A stretch of DNA of 64,000 nt from a virus: positions 1 through 64,000 of the IMG/VR virus record IMGVR_UViG_3300006735_000026. One strand, written 5' to 3'. Under the pieces are notes generated by a model. That model did not search any database, had not been told where the DNA came from, and saw only the letters and a program-made list of their open reading frames with translations. Below, one piece after another: positions 43,601 through 50,571 of the stretch; positions within the stretch are counted from its first letter, which is position 1; each line of letters begins with the position of its first letter. The translations under genes and the position numbers were made by a program.

Positions 43601-46600
43601 ACACCCTTAGTGATAATAGCAGTTGCAGCAGCGCCAGAACCGCCTCCACCGACGATAGAGACCAGAGGGGATGAAGTATATCCAGATCCACCTGCATCGA
43701 CGTTAATGGACGTAATAGAACCATCAACTACAACACTGGCCGCGGCACCCGCTCCACCACCACCAGAAACGGTGATTGTAGGAGGAGATGCTGCATCATA
43801 ATCAGAACCAGCATTAGTAATATCGATTGAAGTTACAGGTCCAAATGTTTTAGTCAAACTAGACTTGTAAGACCAAATAGATACGCCATTGACCCATGTA
43901 CCAATAGGACCAGGAACAATAGTGTTCTTAGTCGAAATTGTTTGAGGAACCAGAGGGAATCTGTTTAATTTACGCTGGTTACCAGGTAACAACGCAGATC
44001 CAGGGAAAGGACCAACTGCATAGTTGGGAATACCAGTAGATGCAACATAGACAGAGTTGTCGTTAAAGAACGAGTTCTGTACGTTAGTTGTGTAAGGTCC
44101 AATAGAATTAAGAACCGCAGCATTATCAGACTTACCTTTGTTCAAGTCAACTGATACTAAGATATTACCCTGAGGAATAACGGTAGCAGGAGCAGGAAGT
44201 TGATATTGGAATACAGTTTCACTGTCTCTAGAGGTAACAAAGAAAGATCCGTTGTAAATGATTGGGTTTGCACCATAAACGGTAACCTGATCACCAACCA
44301 GCAGACCATGTGGATTGGAGCAGGTAATCGTTGCAAAACGATTGTCGATACCACCGAAAGTTACATCAGTGACTTCAATCAGTTTTTTGACGTTGTACAA
44401 CCAGGTTCTAAGTTCTGGTTTAGTAGATGTACCACCAAGTTTAGATACGGTGAGTTTATCACCAGCAAGATAGTAAGATCCAGTGTCAGTAAGAGTCGTT
44501 TGTTGTGCATCGACAATACCAACAACATTCAGAACTACTTCCTGTGCAGTTCCTTTATTGATGAAAACAGTAAAGTTAGATGATACAGGTGTAGCAGAAT
44601 CCCAGTCCTCAACAACACCATTTACAGAACGAGTACATTCGATGAACTGGTTAAGAGACTTTTCCTTATATTGAACTACTTCTGATCCACTGATTACAAA
44701 TTCACCGTTTCTTTCTGGCCAACCAATGGTAGAGTCAACTGTAATGACGTTATCTTCTGTTCCGAGAGGTTCTGCAAGTTTTGTCTTATAAGGAACTGTG
44801 AATGAACCCGTAATGGTTTCTTCAGACAGAACAAGTTCAAAGATCTCAACTTCAGAAGTTTTGATAGAAATATAGTTTTCAACTAGAGCACTTGCATCTC
44901 TGATGTTAGGATCTGCAATATCCGCTTCTTGAGTCAGCAGACCATCTTTAATATTTGTAGGATCACCACTTACTAATGTGGCACGAAGAATCGTATCAAT
45001 AGACCAAGTTGCAGAAGATGGTTTAATGATTTGATCTTTGGGGTATGAAATGCTGATCTGTTCTCCGTAGAGAAGTTTGAACAGATATGCAACACTAAAA
45101 GAAGTACCCTTAGCAGAATAAAAATCTTTTACAGACTTAATTGCTGTACGAACATCAATCTTCTTGTAATCCAGTTCAGGAACATCAGGAAGGAACTGTT
45201 CGGTATATTTGTCTAAAAGTCTCTTGATAAAGAGAGCATCAAGACACTTGACATTATCATCAATGGCAGCAGGCATTGCCATTGTGTTATTTGAGAAAAT
45301 AGCATTACCACTTTCTGTGTATGCGGTTATGCCACTTGCCGCTCTGGCACAACCAACAAATTGTGCTTTGGTATATCCAGAACCTGCTTTATTAATAGAG
45401 AATCCAGTAATTTCGTTTAGACCAATCTCAACAGATGCTTCTGCTTGAGGGGGTGACTGGATAACGACTTGTGGTGGATTAGCAGCACTATATCCACTAC
45501 CAAAGTTGTTAACATTGATATCAGTGATTCTACCGTTGAAGATAGATGCTGTTGCAGTTGCACCAGTACCACCGTTAGTTCTGTTATCAACAATATAAAC
45601 TGAGGGGACATCTTCATATCCACTGCCACCACTCAGGAGTTCAATGCCAATAACACGTCCATCACCATCAACTTGAGTTTGGAGAACTTGAGCACCAGTA
45701 GGATCAACTACAGCAATTCTAGGAGTAGTTGTATAACCCTGACCAGCATTCAATACATTAATACTAGTAATTACACCATTGGTAAGAACTGCTTGAAGAT
45801 TTGCTCTGATAGGGTTAGTTCCTATCGGTTCATCAACATAAATCTCGGGTGCCGTAGTATATCCCTGACCACCATCAACAATAGGGATAGTTCCAGTAAT
45901 AGCACCATTAGAAATGGTTGGAGTGCCAAGAACAGCACCACCAGGTTGCTTAAACGTTACTCTAGGAGTAAAAGTATATCCACTACCAGAACTGACGATA
46001 TCAACAGCGGTGATACTACCATTGGTAACAGTTGCCTTCAGTTCAGCAATTTTAGATCCAGCAACAGTAGGATTCTGAATAACTACGGTTGGTGGGTTAG
46101 TATCGCTATATCCTCTACCACCATCGAGAAGAGTAGATGATTTGATACCATTTACAAGAGCAGTAGCATTTGCACCAGTACCACTATTGATAGCACTGAT
46201 ATTAACTTTAGGTGGATATTGGAATCTATAGTTACTTCCATTTTCATTGATAGAAATAGAAGTTAACTCTCCAGTATTATTGATACGAGCATAACCAATT
46301 GCTCCAGAACCAAATGAGGGGATTGGTGCCTCAATAGAATACAGAGATAAAAATCTTCCGTTTAGTGGTGCTTCATTAAAGATGAAAATATCACCATCTA
46401 AGAAGTAATCAACTTTAGGAATTAAAAGTTTGTTATCATAAACAGCAATTACATATTCATCAACAATAGGTTCATATTTTGCGCCATTTCTAGTCAGTTT
46501 GAACTGAGTCTTACCCTCACCAAAAGAGTTTGAAATATTATCAGTACCAACGATAGTATTTTCAATAAAACCACTCAGGTGGGTAATATAAGTCGCTGAA

Positions 46601-47196
46601 TTATCGTCAGATGCAATTCTGGTTCTAGGTGCAGTTGTGAAGACAATATTCGTTCCACTAATCGTATAATCCGTGCCAGGAATCAAAACCTCGCCATAAA
46701 CACTAACAATGAGGTGTTGAGGACTAGGAGGTCCAATTGGATTGGATTGAGATGTTAAAGGGAAAGAACGAGTAGTGCCATCAAACAGATCGATGATCTG
46801 AGCAAGAGTTGTCCACTTAAGTTTTACCTGTTCATAAGAGATACCAGGAGTCAGAGCAATGTTTGGAGAAGCAGTTGTGCTCTCGTAGTAAATTACTTCG
46901 TCGCCAATTAAGATCGAACCATTCGCATCTAAAAATTGATCAACAGACTCAACAACAATATTATCACTAGACGCCGAGATTGCTTCTACAACCTTAGTTG
47001 AACCATCAAGAATTCCAATATCCAGTTTGTCAATATCCAGATATTGTAGGAAGTTATTGACGATATTCTGACCAAGACCTGTCTTTTCCTGAGACCTGTA
47101 ATAATATTCTATGAATTTATTGAACAGGGGATATTCAGACCCAATAAAGTCGGGAGTCTGACTCGCAATAGACTGAGAAACCTTATTAATATTCAT
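28651..47196 (-). CDS. giant baseplate wedge initiator gp7-like protein (6181 aa)
   Basis: Follows gp6. gp7 core motifs PDFI..EYPLF..FIEYYY, IKSVKDFYSAKGT..S..YLFKLLYG and KIQDSYYYQDFSY...VHPA. Accessory parts: two LamG-like domains, YHYH-like, beta-propeller-like and helical repeats. Confidence 0.88.
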   Translation of the reverse strand: MNINKVSQSIASQTPDFIGSEYPLFNKFIEYYYRSQEKTGLGQNIVNNFLQYLDIDKLDIGILDGSTKVVEAISASSDNIVVESVDQFLDANGSILIGDEVIYYESTTASPNIALTPGISYEQVKLKWTTLAQIIDLFDGTTRSFPLTSQSNPIGPPSPQHLIVSVYGEVLIPGTDYTISGTNIVFTTAPRTRIASDDNSATYITHLSGFIENTIVGTDNISNSFGEGKTQFKLTRNGAKYEPIVDEYVIAVYDNKLLIPKVDYFLDGDIFIFNEAPLNGRFLSLYSIEAPIPSFGSGAIGYARINNTGELTSISINENGSNYRFQYPPKVNISAINSGTGANATALVNGIKSSTLLDGGRGYSDTNPPTVVIQNPTVAGSKIAELKATVTNGSITAVDIVSSGSGYTFTPRVTFKQPGGAVLGTPTISNGAITGTIPIVDGGQGYTTAPEIYVDEPIGTNPIRANLQAVLTNGVITSINVLNAGQGYTTTPRIAVVDPTGAQVLQTQVDGDGRVIGIELLSGGSGYEDVPSVYIVDNRTNGGTGATATASIFNGRITDINVNNFGSGYSAANPPQVVIQSPPQAEASVEIGLNEITGFSINKAGSGYTKAQFVGCARAASGITAYTESGNAIFSNNTMAMPAAIDDNVKCLDALFIKRLLDKYTEQFLPDVPELDYKKIDVRTAIKSVKDFYSAKGTSFSVAYLFKLLYGEQISISYPKDQIIKPSSATWSIDTILRATLVSGDPTNIKDGLLTQEADIADPNIRDASALVENYISIKTSEVEIFELVLSEETITGSFTVPYKTKLAEPLGTEDNVITVDSTIGWPERNGEFVISGSEVVQYKEKSLNQFIECTRSVNGVVEDWDSATPVSSNFTVFINKGTAQEVVLNVVGIVDAQQTTLTDTGSYYLAGDKLTVSKLGGTSTKPELRTWLYNVKKLIEVTDVTFGGIDNRFATITCSNPHGLLVGDQVTVYGANPIIYNGSFFVTSRDSETVFQYQLPAPATVIPQGNILVSVDLNKGKSDNAAVLNSIGPYTTNVQNSFFNDNSVYVASTGIPNYAVGPFPGSALLPGNQRKLNRFPLVPQTISTKNTIVPGPIGTWVNGVSIWSYKSSLTKTFGPVTSIDITNAGSDYDAASPPTITVSGGGGAGAAASVVVDGSITSINVDAGGSGYTSSPLVSIVGGGGSGAAATAIITKGVVSRILMNSGGTGYTSQPSITIVGGGGTGATATASVRGPIRSISVDEGGASYTSKPTISLSSGSGAVAQAIVSNGRIISIAIISAGSGYTTAPEITIQGDGFGALARATIDTDGENAGRVTSIEILNRGINYVQGTTLINLTSVGNNATFSSNVFQWTYNLEQTTTFDSAQGAVFAGFNNQYGGEYAHLSNPQRLRYILGDNLFENTNGDIREQEDQLTHSPIIGWSFDGNPIYGPYGYTDPTDQSSEITRLDTSYRLKTNIVYNADTNPYPVRTAGPLLTDEPAGKFIEDYEYVFGLGDLDQYNGRFCKTPDFPEGRYCYFVTIDTTELGNALFPYVMGPDFNSVVDSWNLNKDAVQQNIPTGVVRYRDPYENVDIDVERAPNASTNALTTEGGDILLFDVEDENRDGIIDAAETADPDQLFEESPLQLFDYFPSVRFDSKVDIEVETITKFEDAAVTGFIVENPGKSYQVNDILTFDNTDTEGIGVSARVSRITGETITSYGFETVSDKNYGVVQTQVPHNIAAGDTVYVNYNPVMDNTNKQFVVRQLKGIEELVIEQSGSGYDEEIPPTIIIDGDGESAELKAVVTSVGSIETVNIVNSGSGYTKNPRVILSHPQVFKKADYYVSTIANQNYVKVNDIVVNDDKELFVCGKTLDANSNEVAFVSKFSALGVKEWEKTLESQTGETYTEFNNIDVSGNNIWVVGENKPNAPILAAYNPDIILAKYTQAADGLSATLNFQKGYAGISGSTRADHVTAIKRYSDTRYIIGGFTNTNSANPYDAFIASIDSTGNFAAKRKISTSSKSEKLRDLIVLDDAVYFVLETADASGNDDIRVSFGKALIGTSAITVEWIKEVNSSLYSFLDVSLVSDEFKECYVSATLRLKSDNTTKDSFWVGKFDTTGDLLWNYRYVAPSGQTVEVAKKCVIDIFGDLNVAFSRTDNTTTYKTVDTVKIGYDGKLKTHTNNEFNKNNIEGISAHALAVDNSGDVYTFGQTSWNRNEFIFAFESGETGDSCSHYTATYTGTNGAIQYLANAAYMPAYQTASPSVWENANIKIPAAQLGTKLNDDWTCEFMVYKNGSEYNTHSQTQVTLMAIGDATVSTGGLWLYYDLSSGKLELVVTNNTTALNSAGSALQSVSTTMFADNTWQFVAVQKSGNSFTGYINGIQVFTGTIASTSLGNKDLFFGNIPGRSTTLGQFRKNEQFQGYFDNIRLRNRAVTPTVPSDVSALPASGAYGLAFSWVDTAWFTTNLNRYDYIDYIGWGIKTDKNSDAARLGDKGVQTNTGIGFGRSAITPVTGSTLTVTNIGLALGDVGLQTLDFDDATITLAQDTETLTYAVDEWSSRTSTVPSPGSQKLKVTAVVRNRYYMKVTNTVKIDNVQELTINQAFNFTVGAKLRLNNAAGTFVNSGYILSVDKVNNKVLVAVNNNAWSDDLNTGNLVTEQFAEQSTYGITGPVPQDINDITDYIFEKIDNTTPGTFDIDLDKYNLDGTYNAGGGQNLDSFATFKPFNTDFYSVKIEEVSGSSSFIVGSVVNITASDISFNAAFTTAQITNLTGVLKITLVSTLSKTLQCTAVANTDEVYVITADKHYLTAGENINVDGNPSQESGGVTYDEYDGSFTVDRVVSSKEFTYKLSAAAITAPATSAGGVSIFVKSPVLKMYYGHQYLFDLSHSSMAGANLSFSKDNLFKLEYSFNSIERIGTPGLTGEGQPTPTVKLKVDRDIVTNISYYFDPSRTGSESPIAAGSYLDIVDSPYLGTFTVTDTSGGTITTGDNVFKFLLPNEPEGVATVSQSSYSTSSTKAVGPIDSIRIVNAGGFYSRLPIVTGIQSSRKIERVDINEPGTEYAPGVYNGVPIGGDGEGGLVSILVADGTDSEGVLIPGQVQEVVVTSPGKGYTTATIDIEAIDGILGAGLTGSGAELEVVIPPFGTGASIFTKGDKVGKIKKLKNNNFGYDYPHDYTLRPEITFPINAQLTSTSILDSITVTNPGSGYSQAPAVVITGGGGIGAIAEATIRNGRIDQILVKDPGSGYSSEPAVALKSSFNYVVNLDLGLLQFAFPHGIVNGSEVTLTVTDTGDGADFPLAAGALGRLNSTTTYFAITGSANSLEDDQLKLAITSANAELGDAITFANAGVGRQSLLTESFGAAATANVITSTFLEGELVYQGDTFETATATGYVSTNSGWQVGPRILKIVDYTGDFSANQRVTGVISKSSGIISDLKIAKGVLEIGSITKTTGQFIDDVGKPSEIIQKIQDSYYYQDFSYAVKSSVSIDDWKDILIKNVHPASFKVFGELNLNEYGSIPNKITDFELTKSVELARESIVPNIQNFSLVEPLYSEFNNTEVLFRQKRLTSSENILTSVVQRIDDISNLFDGERIAFPLTVSGSNVVANANQLMIVLNGVAQTPNTSFEIQGDSIVFSEPPQPPASVKYVNVTVNQISTVSFTFTNQSGIFPYTGNTLIGVSSTARLTVTKVVGDVIEGYVTEGTFIIGELCTVGATGFSANLATNTPITNIGLFAFGETVTNLQGDTAKVEQINLQRGQETPLADLRYTIGAATTTFEVVTTASGADAPVPAGTFVQGQKYQFGSEIFTVNTITDGSDSTTLGVTRGEDGTQPVAQQEDIPIYGTQISVTDDLTLSKTAGTYQSTPGLYDIELNDVIIGASSGVVAQITSTATYQDPVTQEFIGQVNISEGSSFFGLLFNRITSQTYPNIVLDDISKSTVSIVDFTDNSTAFDIRFPSNELINNFVIPYDNASGALQQDEFIRNYKLEYGTSSADFFANEPGKTRKLTFKDSVGSGFFGAGQIIRTTDTKAEVIGYNQARRTLYLGKIGRTQSTGADYHSATFTAGAGLNTYNERYGTACLALSPGVAPHTFVSGVTNAITASVGASGTFTAQAGTTYDALSGLLVLNIGTHSLTTSNKVTIADNGITFTCDQDNNTSNKTYPRATDPASGQALTITATTSTTVTVNVGAVPVDEYISYATSTEFGFGTGAFTVELWIKPLSVAAGSKTLFDFRTTATELSPYLYLDGANLKYYNNGSVTITGTTNLVAGTWYHVAISRSGSTTKMFLNGTQEGSDYSDASNYGSTKPIRIGATYNAASVFPGYVDEFRVSTNARYTGTFTAPAGIFQGDSNTKLLLHFDGTEGQTYVDDWSGSEGFTKGEEFNNDAILATSRVTGAPAGFAGKTQRYYDAANLLLANKDFIAKETVYLLTQQYPSLAIPGGNVNCEDDIVDVIEELVEDLRNGGNSHIWDTAALYVNRTTTPITINHVDGEQVETVWAFDKAKEIAQYIITNTLWTVTGSHGLTQKTDTTITDSSTSSFTQFNVTAPTTYDAASGDLVLTIGSHSLTTASRIGIATESLTFTCAQDNNDRQTAYPRAIAGDGSPDPAYNAVLPVKAVTGTTITVNIGASPVGQQYAHTFVSATANAVTVLDYTTGDCADVWSTVGNLMDIITDTLENANLSSPVDHLASVTKVEPAYEFQGGTVDAFLETDFTVSYQDTVNDLVYSNQIDGDAQYRFRDAAGLIRANRTPIVDKAAADMIARYPDLAQDMPRNQNGGSTDGTLRCKTDLGQILDAIANDIENGGNRNTITAGNFYVGANGELQHIRLQAFQSIYAHDRLGYYAKQAITGDLDETNTDAIIVGDWGITQDGGNCANVQSAIDTLITTINDIIAPTDEDFEIAADRIYFNRNYIAEEITGLTTQEFTYDLNGVNYSALTYPGSNGAATCQRDLKLILLSIISDLQTGGTNSTIQAIELYLNANLTINHIENELLATIYSIELLKTFAERAVQNLLYDQFAAVTGDQYAAQFTSQTAYRDVLTPTAINNVIYRIRDLVDTSVAILAPGKDEARSAAKNLLYNKNYYKEEISTQAIAQFGVGAWTYDTFVEGLVDDIVHDLITTDVDVSVSAYTITLSASTGAFVVGETVTSSGGGTATVLDWDAEDEILYVGAFTGTAWAAADTLSAPSSATGTIATSGVSSAYDWYTSPANVKILAKARTITSNIAGQISGINLFTNPEAFAANWQVNDLGGVDSLLITNNSIAAPDATVTAEKFFAANSNGGVHDTFRDYSLTAFETFDSGTVKFDTSNETFDTGSAGIDATQTFTYSVFFKTAGSQSVRFQLTLDPGAASEQNIFFDLNLNAGTTGSLFIPQGGITGDAFGAVPYGDGWYRAYITTTFGFGFSTLRSSVIVNSATGANNWTGDGSVGAYLWGAKLNKGALDPYTAVSGEIFYADTEYNIKNYAINLLEGFMGQALDGTLTSPSTSAGFYSYYDATKAGDYTKATIQRSIRYGLNIIREQLTTDSYYTTLIQVNGISLVAKTYGVRDIPVGIAGGLQGSDYIYGLNSDSYAELEGITVNEAKVVQVYKRFRIDGTITDGPFIMGEVVTKQGAPSVTGVVYGFHEDANYKYLDVRVTAGPWAVTDTLVGATNSTTAQISAEEDRLHVIDLKGDFANDIPFKGYTSGNSATPTGFLKTQAAVTSNAGGTLTVDTPSLLGSFEKTSVVYPESSREYLDVSKYAGLDVQVGQRIASEGYIRLGVAIVSGLNVFTVGNRIYKVVNGNQDTSNYGIITEVDLGNNYIYITEVVGSFSNGDLIGDYGVGNSFPVGYASISTKVTTAGAAAALVQDIRPVGLNRRIYLSDIRGTFDVKDSIKGLDGYRAAVLSKVELKARTKRAFKGFDGTQTNFKLTTDNGTQYLPDPAGHLLIFINGVLQPPGATNAFTAFSDEIQFTEAPDPGASFTGFYVGKLRQLDDISFEFDSLRQSFNLKRNDVFYSLTLTDGVQSSVIRPENNIIVSINGVLQEPGVGFEIVGSRIIFSEIPRVGSTFVAFSYVGSEADVEAATVVPPIESGDFIEIQGETSPREVALIESSNSLITFDYLGSVFGQDGQASANLTSGFIDRVQVTAGGSNYTSRPTVRLDSISGFDGQVRALVGVAGVEMSNAGSGYQNPEVIVETSVPDDWTAPDLSLYGEEVIDPEIL

Positions 47197-47204
47197 CTCT
47201 TAAT

Positions 47205-49238
47205 TTAGAAGCAACTTGTGTTACTAATAGAACCGTTGTTGTCGATGTCGGGAATGTCAATCGTTGTTGGTGTTTGATTGAATTCCGTTGGCGTCAAACT
47301 ATTTAGAGGGATTGTGGGGGGTGATGTCGTGCCCACAGGAACAACTGTAATCGTTGGAGTAATAATATTAATGACTGTTCCAGGAGTGGAAGCAGGAATC
47401 GTTGTTGTGTTAGCAGGAACAAATACAACAGGAATTTGGATATCAACAGGAATCTGTGTCGGATCCGAAACGTTACCAATTCCAGTCGTAGGATCTGTAG
47501 TGGTGATTGCGCTAGCGGGAGGAATGTTGGTGCCTGAACCAATTACATTGATAGGACCAAAACAGACTTGACCAGTATCATAATTGACTGTACCAGCAGT
47601 ATCGTTGGTATAGATCTTTCTAGTACCAGTATTGTAGAAAGTTCTCAGGTTACCAAAACCATCATCTTCAAATTGCTGATCAACACCAGGTCTGTCCGCA
47701 GTTCTGAACGTACCAGAGAGAAGAATAGGTTCTTTCTTACAAGTAGTTCCGTCACTACCATCCTGACTAGGAGCACTGTTGTATAAATCAGATCCAGTGG
47801 AAATACAGTAAGTATTTGTCTGGTTAGGAGTTGGTTTTAGATATTTTAAAATAGTAGTTTGTAGAGAAACGTCGTTAACACACTTATTGGAGAGTGTGAC
47901 TGCTTTCTCAAAGTCAGTTGCTCTAAATGTAGAGTTGAAATTATTAATTTGGGTTTGTGTTGCCCAGTCTTGAATACCTAGGTTGATATCACTCTGAATT
48001 TCTGCTGGGTTAGATCCGCAACCAGGATCGTAAGAAACAAACAGTTTCAGGTTGATATAGATGTCATCTGGATCTGTAATCACAGGATCGATAGATGCCA
48101 TCGCATATTTTCTTAAATCCGCTTGAATATCTTTCTTCGTAGCGTCATTTAGCAGAGATCCCGTCTTTGTTTTGATAACAACGAAGACTTTTCCGTAGAC
48201 AGGGGGATTTAAGGCATCTCCACCGTATGCAACTACGGAACTTGCGTTAGAATATAGATTTCTAGTGATAATTGCGTAGTCTTGCGCGGTAACTGCTCTA
48301 TATTGCGCGGAATAATATCTAGGAGCGTTATATTTGATCGATTCTACGGTTTCTGCAGCATCACCCTGTTGAGATTTCTCTTTTACAGTAATTTCAATCG
48401 ACGCTGCTTGATATACAATGTTATTGTTATCGATCATACGACCGATAAAGTTAAATCTGGAAACTTCGTTCGCTTCAGCACCAGAAGTGACAAGATATTC
48501 TAATTCTACTACCTCACCATCGGTAGGAGCACGACCAACACTATTATCACCGAACTTAATTTCATAACGCATGTCCTCACCTTCATTGAGGAAGTATGCT
48601 CGTGTTGTCGGAGTCAAGTTGGTAATAGTATCGACTCTATTATAAAGATCAAACTCTGTAGAAGACTCATTGGGTCTCACTTTCACTACAAGAGTTGAAA
48701 TATCAGCATCTTCAGAAGGAACCTTATAAACCTGAGGTGCAAAGGTGTTAACAACGTATGAGAAGGTAACAATAGAACCTTCACGGATAGTTACTGCATC
48801 AAAAACTGCAATTCCTGTTGTAGGACTAACACTAACAGTTATATCCTGAAGAATATTCCAAATATAAGCACCACCACTACATACCGTGCCTTTTTTCAGT
48901 ACAACAGAAGACGGATATGCGCCATTTGTCTGTACAGTCTGCAATGTAAATGCTAAACACGCCTTAGATGACGAAATTGACCTAGGAACGTAATTTAACA
49001 GTTTTGCAATATTAACAACATTATCCCGAACAGTCGCAGAAGGCAGAAATGCCTCATTCATTGACATGTTAGCGTTAAACGCAGAATAATATGTATTATA
49101 CGCTAAGGTGTCAATTAAATACGACAGCGCAGATCCATTAAAGTCATAATCCGTAAATTCGGGTCGTGTCCTTAAATAAGATTTGATTGATGATTTGATA
49201 TCATCAAAATCTAATGCTGTTAAATTGTTTGGTTGCAT
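47205..49238 (-). CDS. baseplate wedge subunit gp6
   Basis: LDFDDIKSSIK, FTDYDFNGS.LS.LID.LAYNTYY, NEAFL.SAT.R, AQYRAVTAQDY. Confidence 0.95.
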   Translation of the reverse strand: MQPNNLTALDFDDIKSSIKSYLRTRPEFTDYDFNGSALSYLIDTLAYNTYYSAFNANMSMNEAFLPSATVRDNVVNIAKLLNYVPRSISSSKACLAFTLQTVQTNGAYPSSVVLKKGTVCSGGAYIWNILQDITVSVSPTTGIAVFDAVTIREGSIVTFSYVVNTFAPQVYKVPSEDADISTLVVKVRPNESSTEFDLYNRVDTITNLTPTTRAYFLNEGEDMRYEIKFGDNSVGRAPTDGEVVELEYLVTSGAEANEVSRFNFIGRMIDNNNIVYQAASIEITVKEKSQQGDAAETVESIKYNAPRYYSAQYRAVTAQDYAIITRNLYSNASSVVAYGGDALNPPVYGKVFVVIKTKTGSLLNDATKKDIQADLRKYAMASIDPVITDPDDIYINLKLFVSYDPGCGSNPAEIQSDINLGIQDWATQTQINNFNSTFRATDFEKAVTLSNKCVNDVSLQTTILKYLKPTPNQTNTYCISTGSDLYNSAPSQDGSDGTTCKKEPILLSGTFRTADRPGVDQQFEDDGFGNLRTFYNTGTRKIYTNDTAGTVNYDTGQVCFGPINVIGSGTNIPPASAITTTDPTTGIGNVSDPTQIPVDIQIPVVFVPANTTTIPASTPGTVINIITPTITVVPVGTTSPPTIPLNSLTPTEFNQTPTTIDIPDIDNNGSISNTSCF

Positions 49239-49657
49239 TACTCAGGTCTCTGTAAAACAAAATTGATTGTTTCGACAATTGGTAACCCGACTACTTTGTA
49301 TTCAATGGTAATATTGATTTTATTACCTTCATAAACAGGCGTCACTAAAACATTTTCAAGTTGTACTCTAGGTTCATATTGTTTAATGGTATTTATGATC
49401 TCTTCTGTAAGAGCATCAGCAGTAAATGGATCTAAAGGTTCAAATAACAAGGAGTTAACTTTAGATCCAAAATTGGGTTCAAAGGGTCTTTCTCCAGGTG
49501 TTGTCAAAATCAGGTTTTTTATTGCCTGTTTGATAGCACCTTCATTCTTTACGACTGATATATCGTCAGTAAAGGGATTTCTGGAGAAATTAACTGCCAT
49601 ATCCACGAATTTTCGTGATATCGCTAGATCCTTACCCCCAATTTTCTTTAACGCCAT
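49238..49657 (-). CDS. baseplate wedge subunit gp25
   Basis: AIKQAIKNLILTTPGERPFEPNFGS...YEPRV. Confidence 0.95.
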   Translation of the reverse strand: MALKKIGGKDLAISRKFVDMAVNFSRNPFTDDISVVKNEGAIKQAIKNLILTTPGERPFEPNFGSKVNSLLFEPLDPFTADALTEEIINTIKQYEPRVQLENVLVTPVYEGNKINITIEYKVVGLPIVETINFVLQRPE

Positions 49658-49806
49658 TTTCTGAAGTTCTCAGTCTCTTGTGTTTGTCGATTATCCTTGT
49701 ACAACTTGAGGTAACGATCAGATTTTGGGTCTGTGATTAGTACAATTGTACCAAAATCATCTTTCATCATCTCAGGATTGTGGTCAGGAACGTGATTTAA
49801 CCCCAT
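49648..49806 (-). CDS. hypothetical protein, 52 aa (MGLNHVPDHNPEMM...)
   Basis: Hand-translated; strong AAGGAGG SD; overlaps the gp25 start. Confidence 0.65.
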   Translation of the reverse strand: MGLNHVPDHNPEMMKDDFGTIVLITDPKSDRYLKLYKDNRQTQETENFRKWR

Positions 49807-49858
49807 GTGCCTCCTTTTATGTAAAAATCAGAACTTATAAAGGGGTTCCATCCCTTTT

Positions 49859-49866
49859 TATTTATC
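49859..49866 (-). promoter_or_regulatory. T4 late promoter (GATAAATA) followed by a short hairpin (49839-49857)
   Basis: Overlaps the upstream stop; AAAGGG/CCCTTT stem just downstream. Confidence 0.6.
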
Positions 49867-50008
49867 GACCTTGACCACGATAACGCTTCTTGGCGTTATT
49901 TCGACTTGTCGAACCATACTTTGTGTGTTGACCAGACCCCTGACGAGTTTTCTTAGGAGTCGATTCGATCATATTTGCGCCAGAAAGCGACTTTTTAACT
50001 TTTGCCAT
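49862..50008 (-). CDS. small very basic protein, 48 aa (ends KKRYRGQGR)
   Basis: Hand-translated; fills the gap between PAAR and the gp25 unit. Confidence 0.75.
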   Translation of the reverse strand: MAKVKKSLSGANMIESTPKKTRQGSGQHTKYGSTSRNNAKKRYRGQGR

Positions 50009-50010
50009 AA

Positions 50011-50565
50011 TTAAGCTCCAATAAAAACGTTAGGACTTGCACCTGTGATAACAGATAGACACGGAAACGCTGGCGTACCATCACCTAAGGGGTCTCCAAA
50101 GCGTGTTGCAAAGACACCACCGATAAAGACAGTCTTACTAGTCGCTAATGCCTTCCTAGCATGACCTTTAGCGGTCTCTCTACCACCCTCTACACCAACT
50201 GTACACCACCAAGCAGGTGTATTGCGTACAGTAAGGCATTTCGTACCAACAGATGTTGTAGTAAACTGTGTAGGTGTAGGATGTGGAATTAAAAGATCTT
50301 GATCTACAATAGGAACTTTCTTATTGATGAAAACCCTTGCGGCAACTGCTTTTGCGACACCCAATGGTTGTTGTGGTGTAGGTGGCCAAATAGCAACTGC
50401 ATTAACTGCAGGTAAGGGCGAAGCAACGATTGTAGGACTAAGGGAAGGATGAGGACAGTTGGGAAGAGTACCGCCACCCAAACCAGGATGGTGAGATGCA
50501 CCAGCACCAGTACCATGCCCAGAGCATGATCCCATGAAGATGCCTGCCATTAGTCCTTTTGCCAT
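50011..50565 (-). CDS. PAAR-like spike tip protein (gp5.4-like), extended
   Basis: CSGHG...RVFINKKVPI...HP...GH.R...SKTVFIGG..ATRFGD...C...I.GASPNVFIG. Confidence 0.8.
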   Translation of the reverse strand: MAKGLMAGIFMGSCSGHGTGAGASHHPGLGGGTLPNCPHPSLSPTIVASPLPAVNAVAIWPPTPQQPLGVAKAVAARVFINKKVPIVDQDLLIPHPTPTQFTTTSVGTKCLTVRNTPAWWCTVGVEGGRETAKGHARKALATSKTVFIGGVFATRFGDPLGDGTPAFPCLSVITGASPNVFIGA

Positions 50566-50571
50566 GATCTT

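Noticed and set aside
7792-47786. Many plus-strand and alternate-frame ORFs within the structural genes (up to 294 aa)
   Set aside because: Ser/Thr/Cys-rich antisense shadows of G/T/A-rich genes, with no independent signals.
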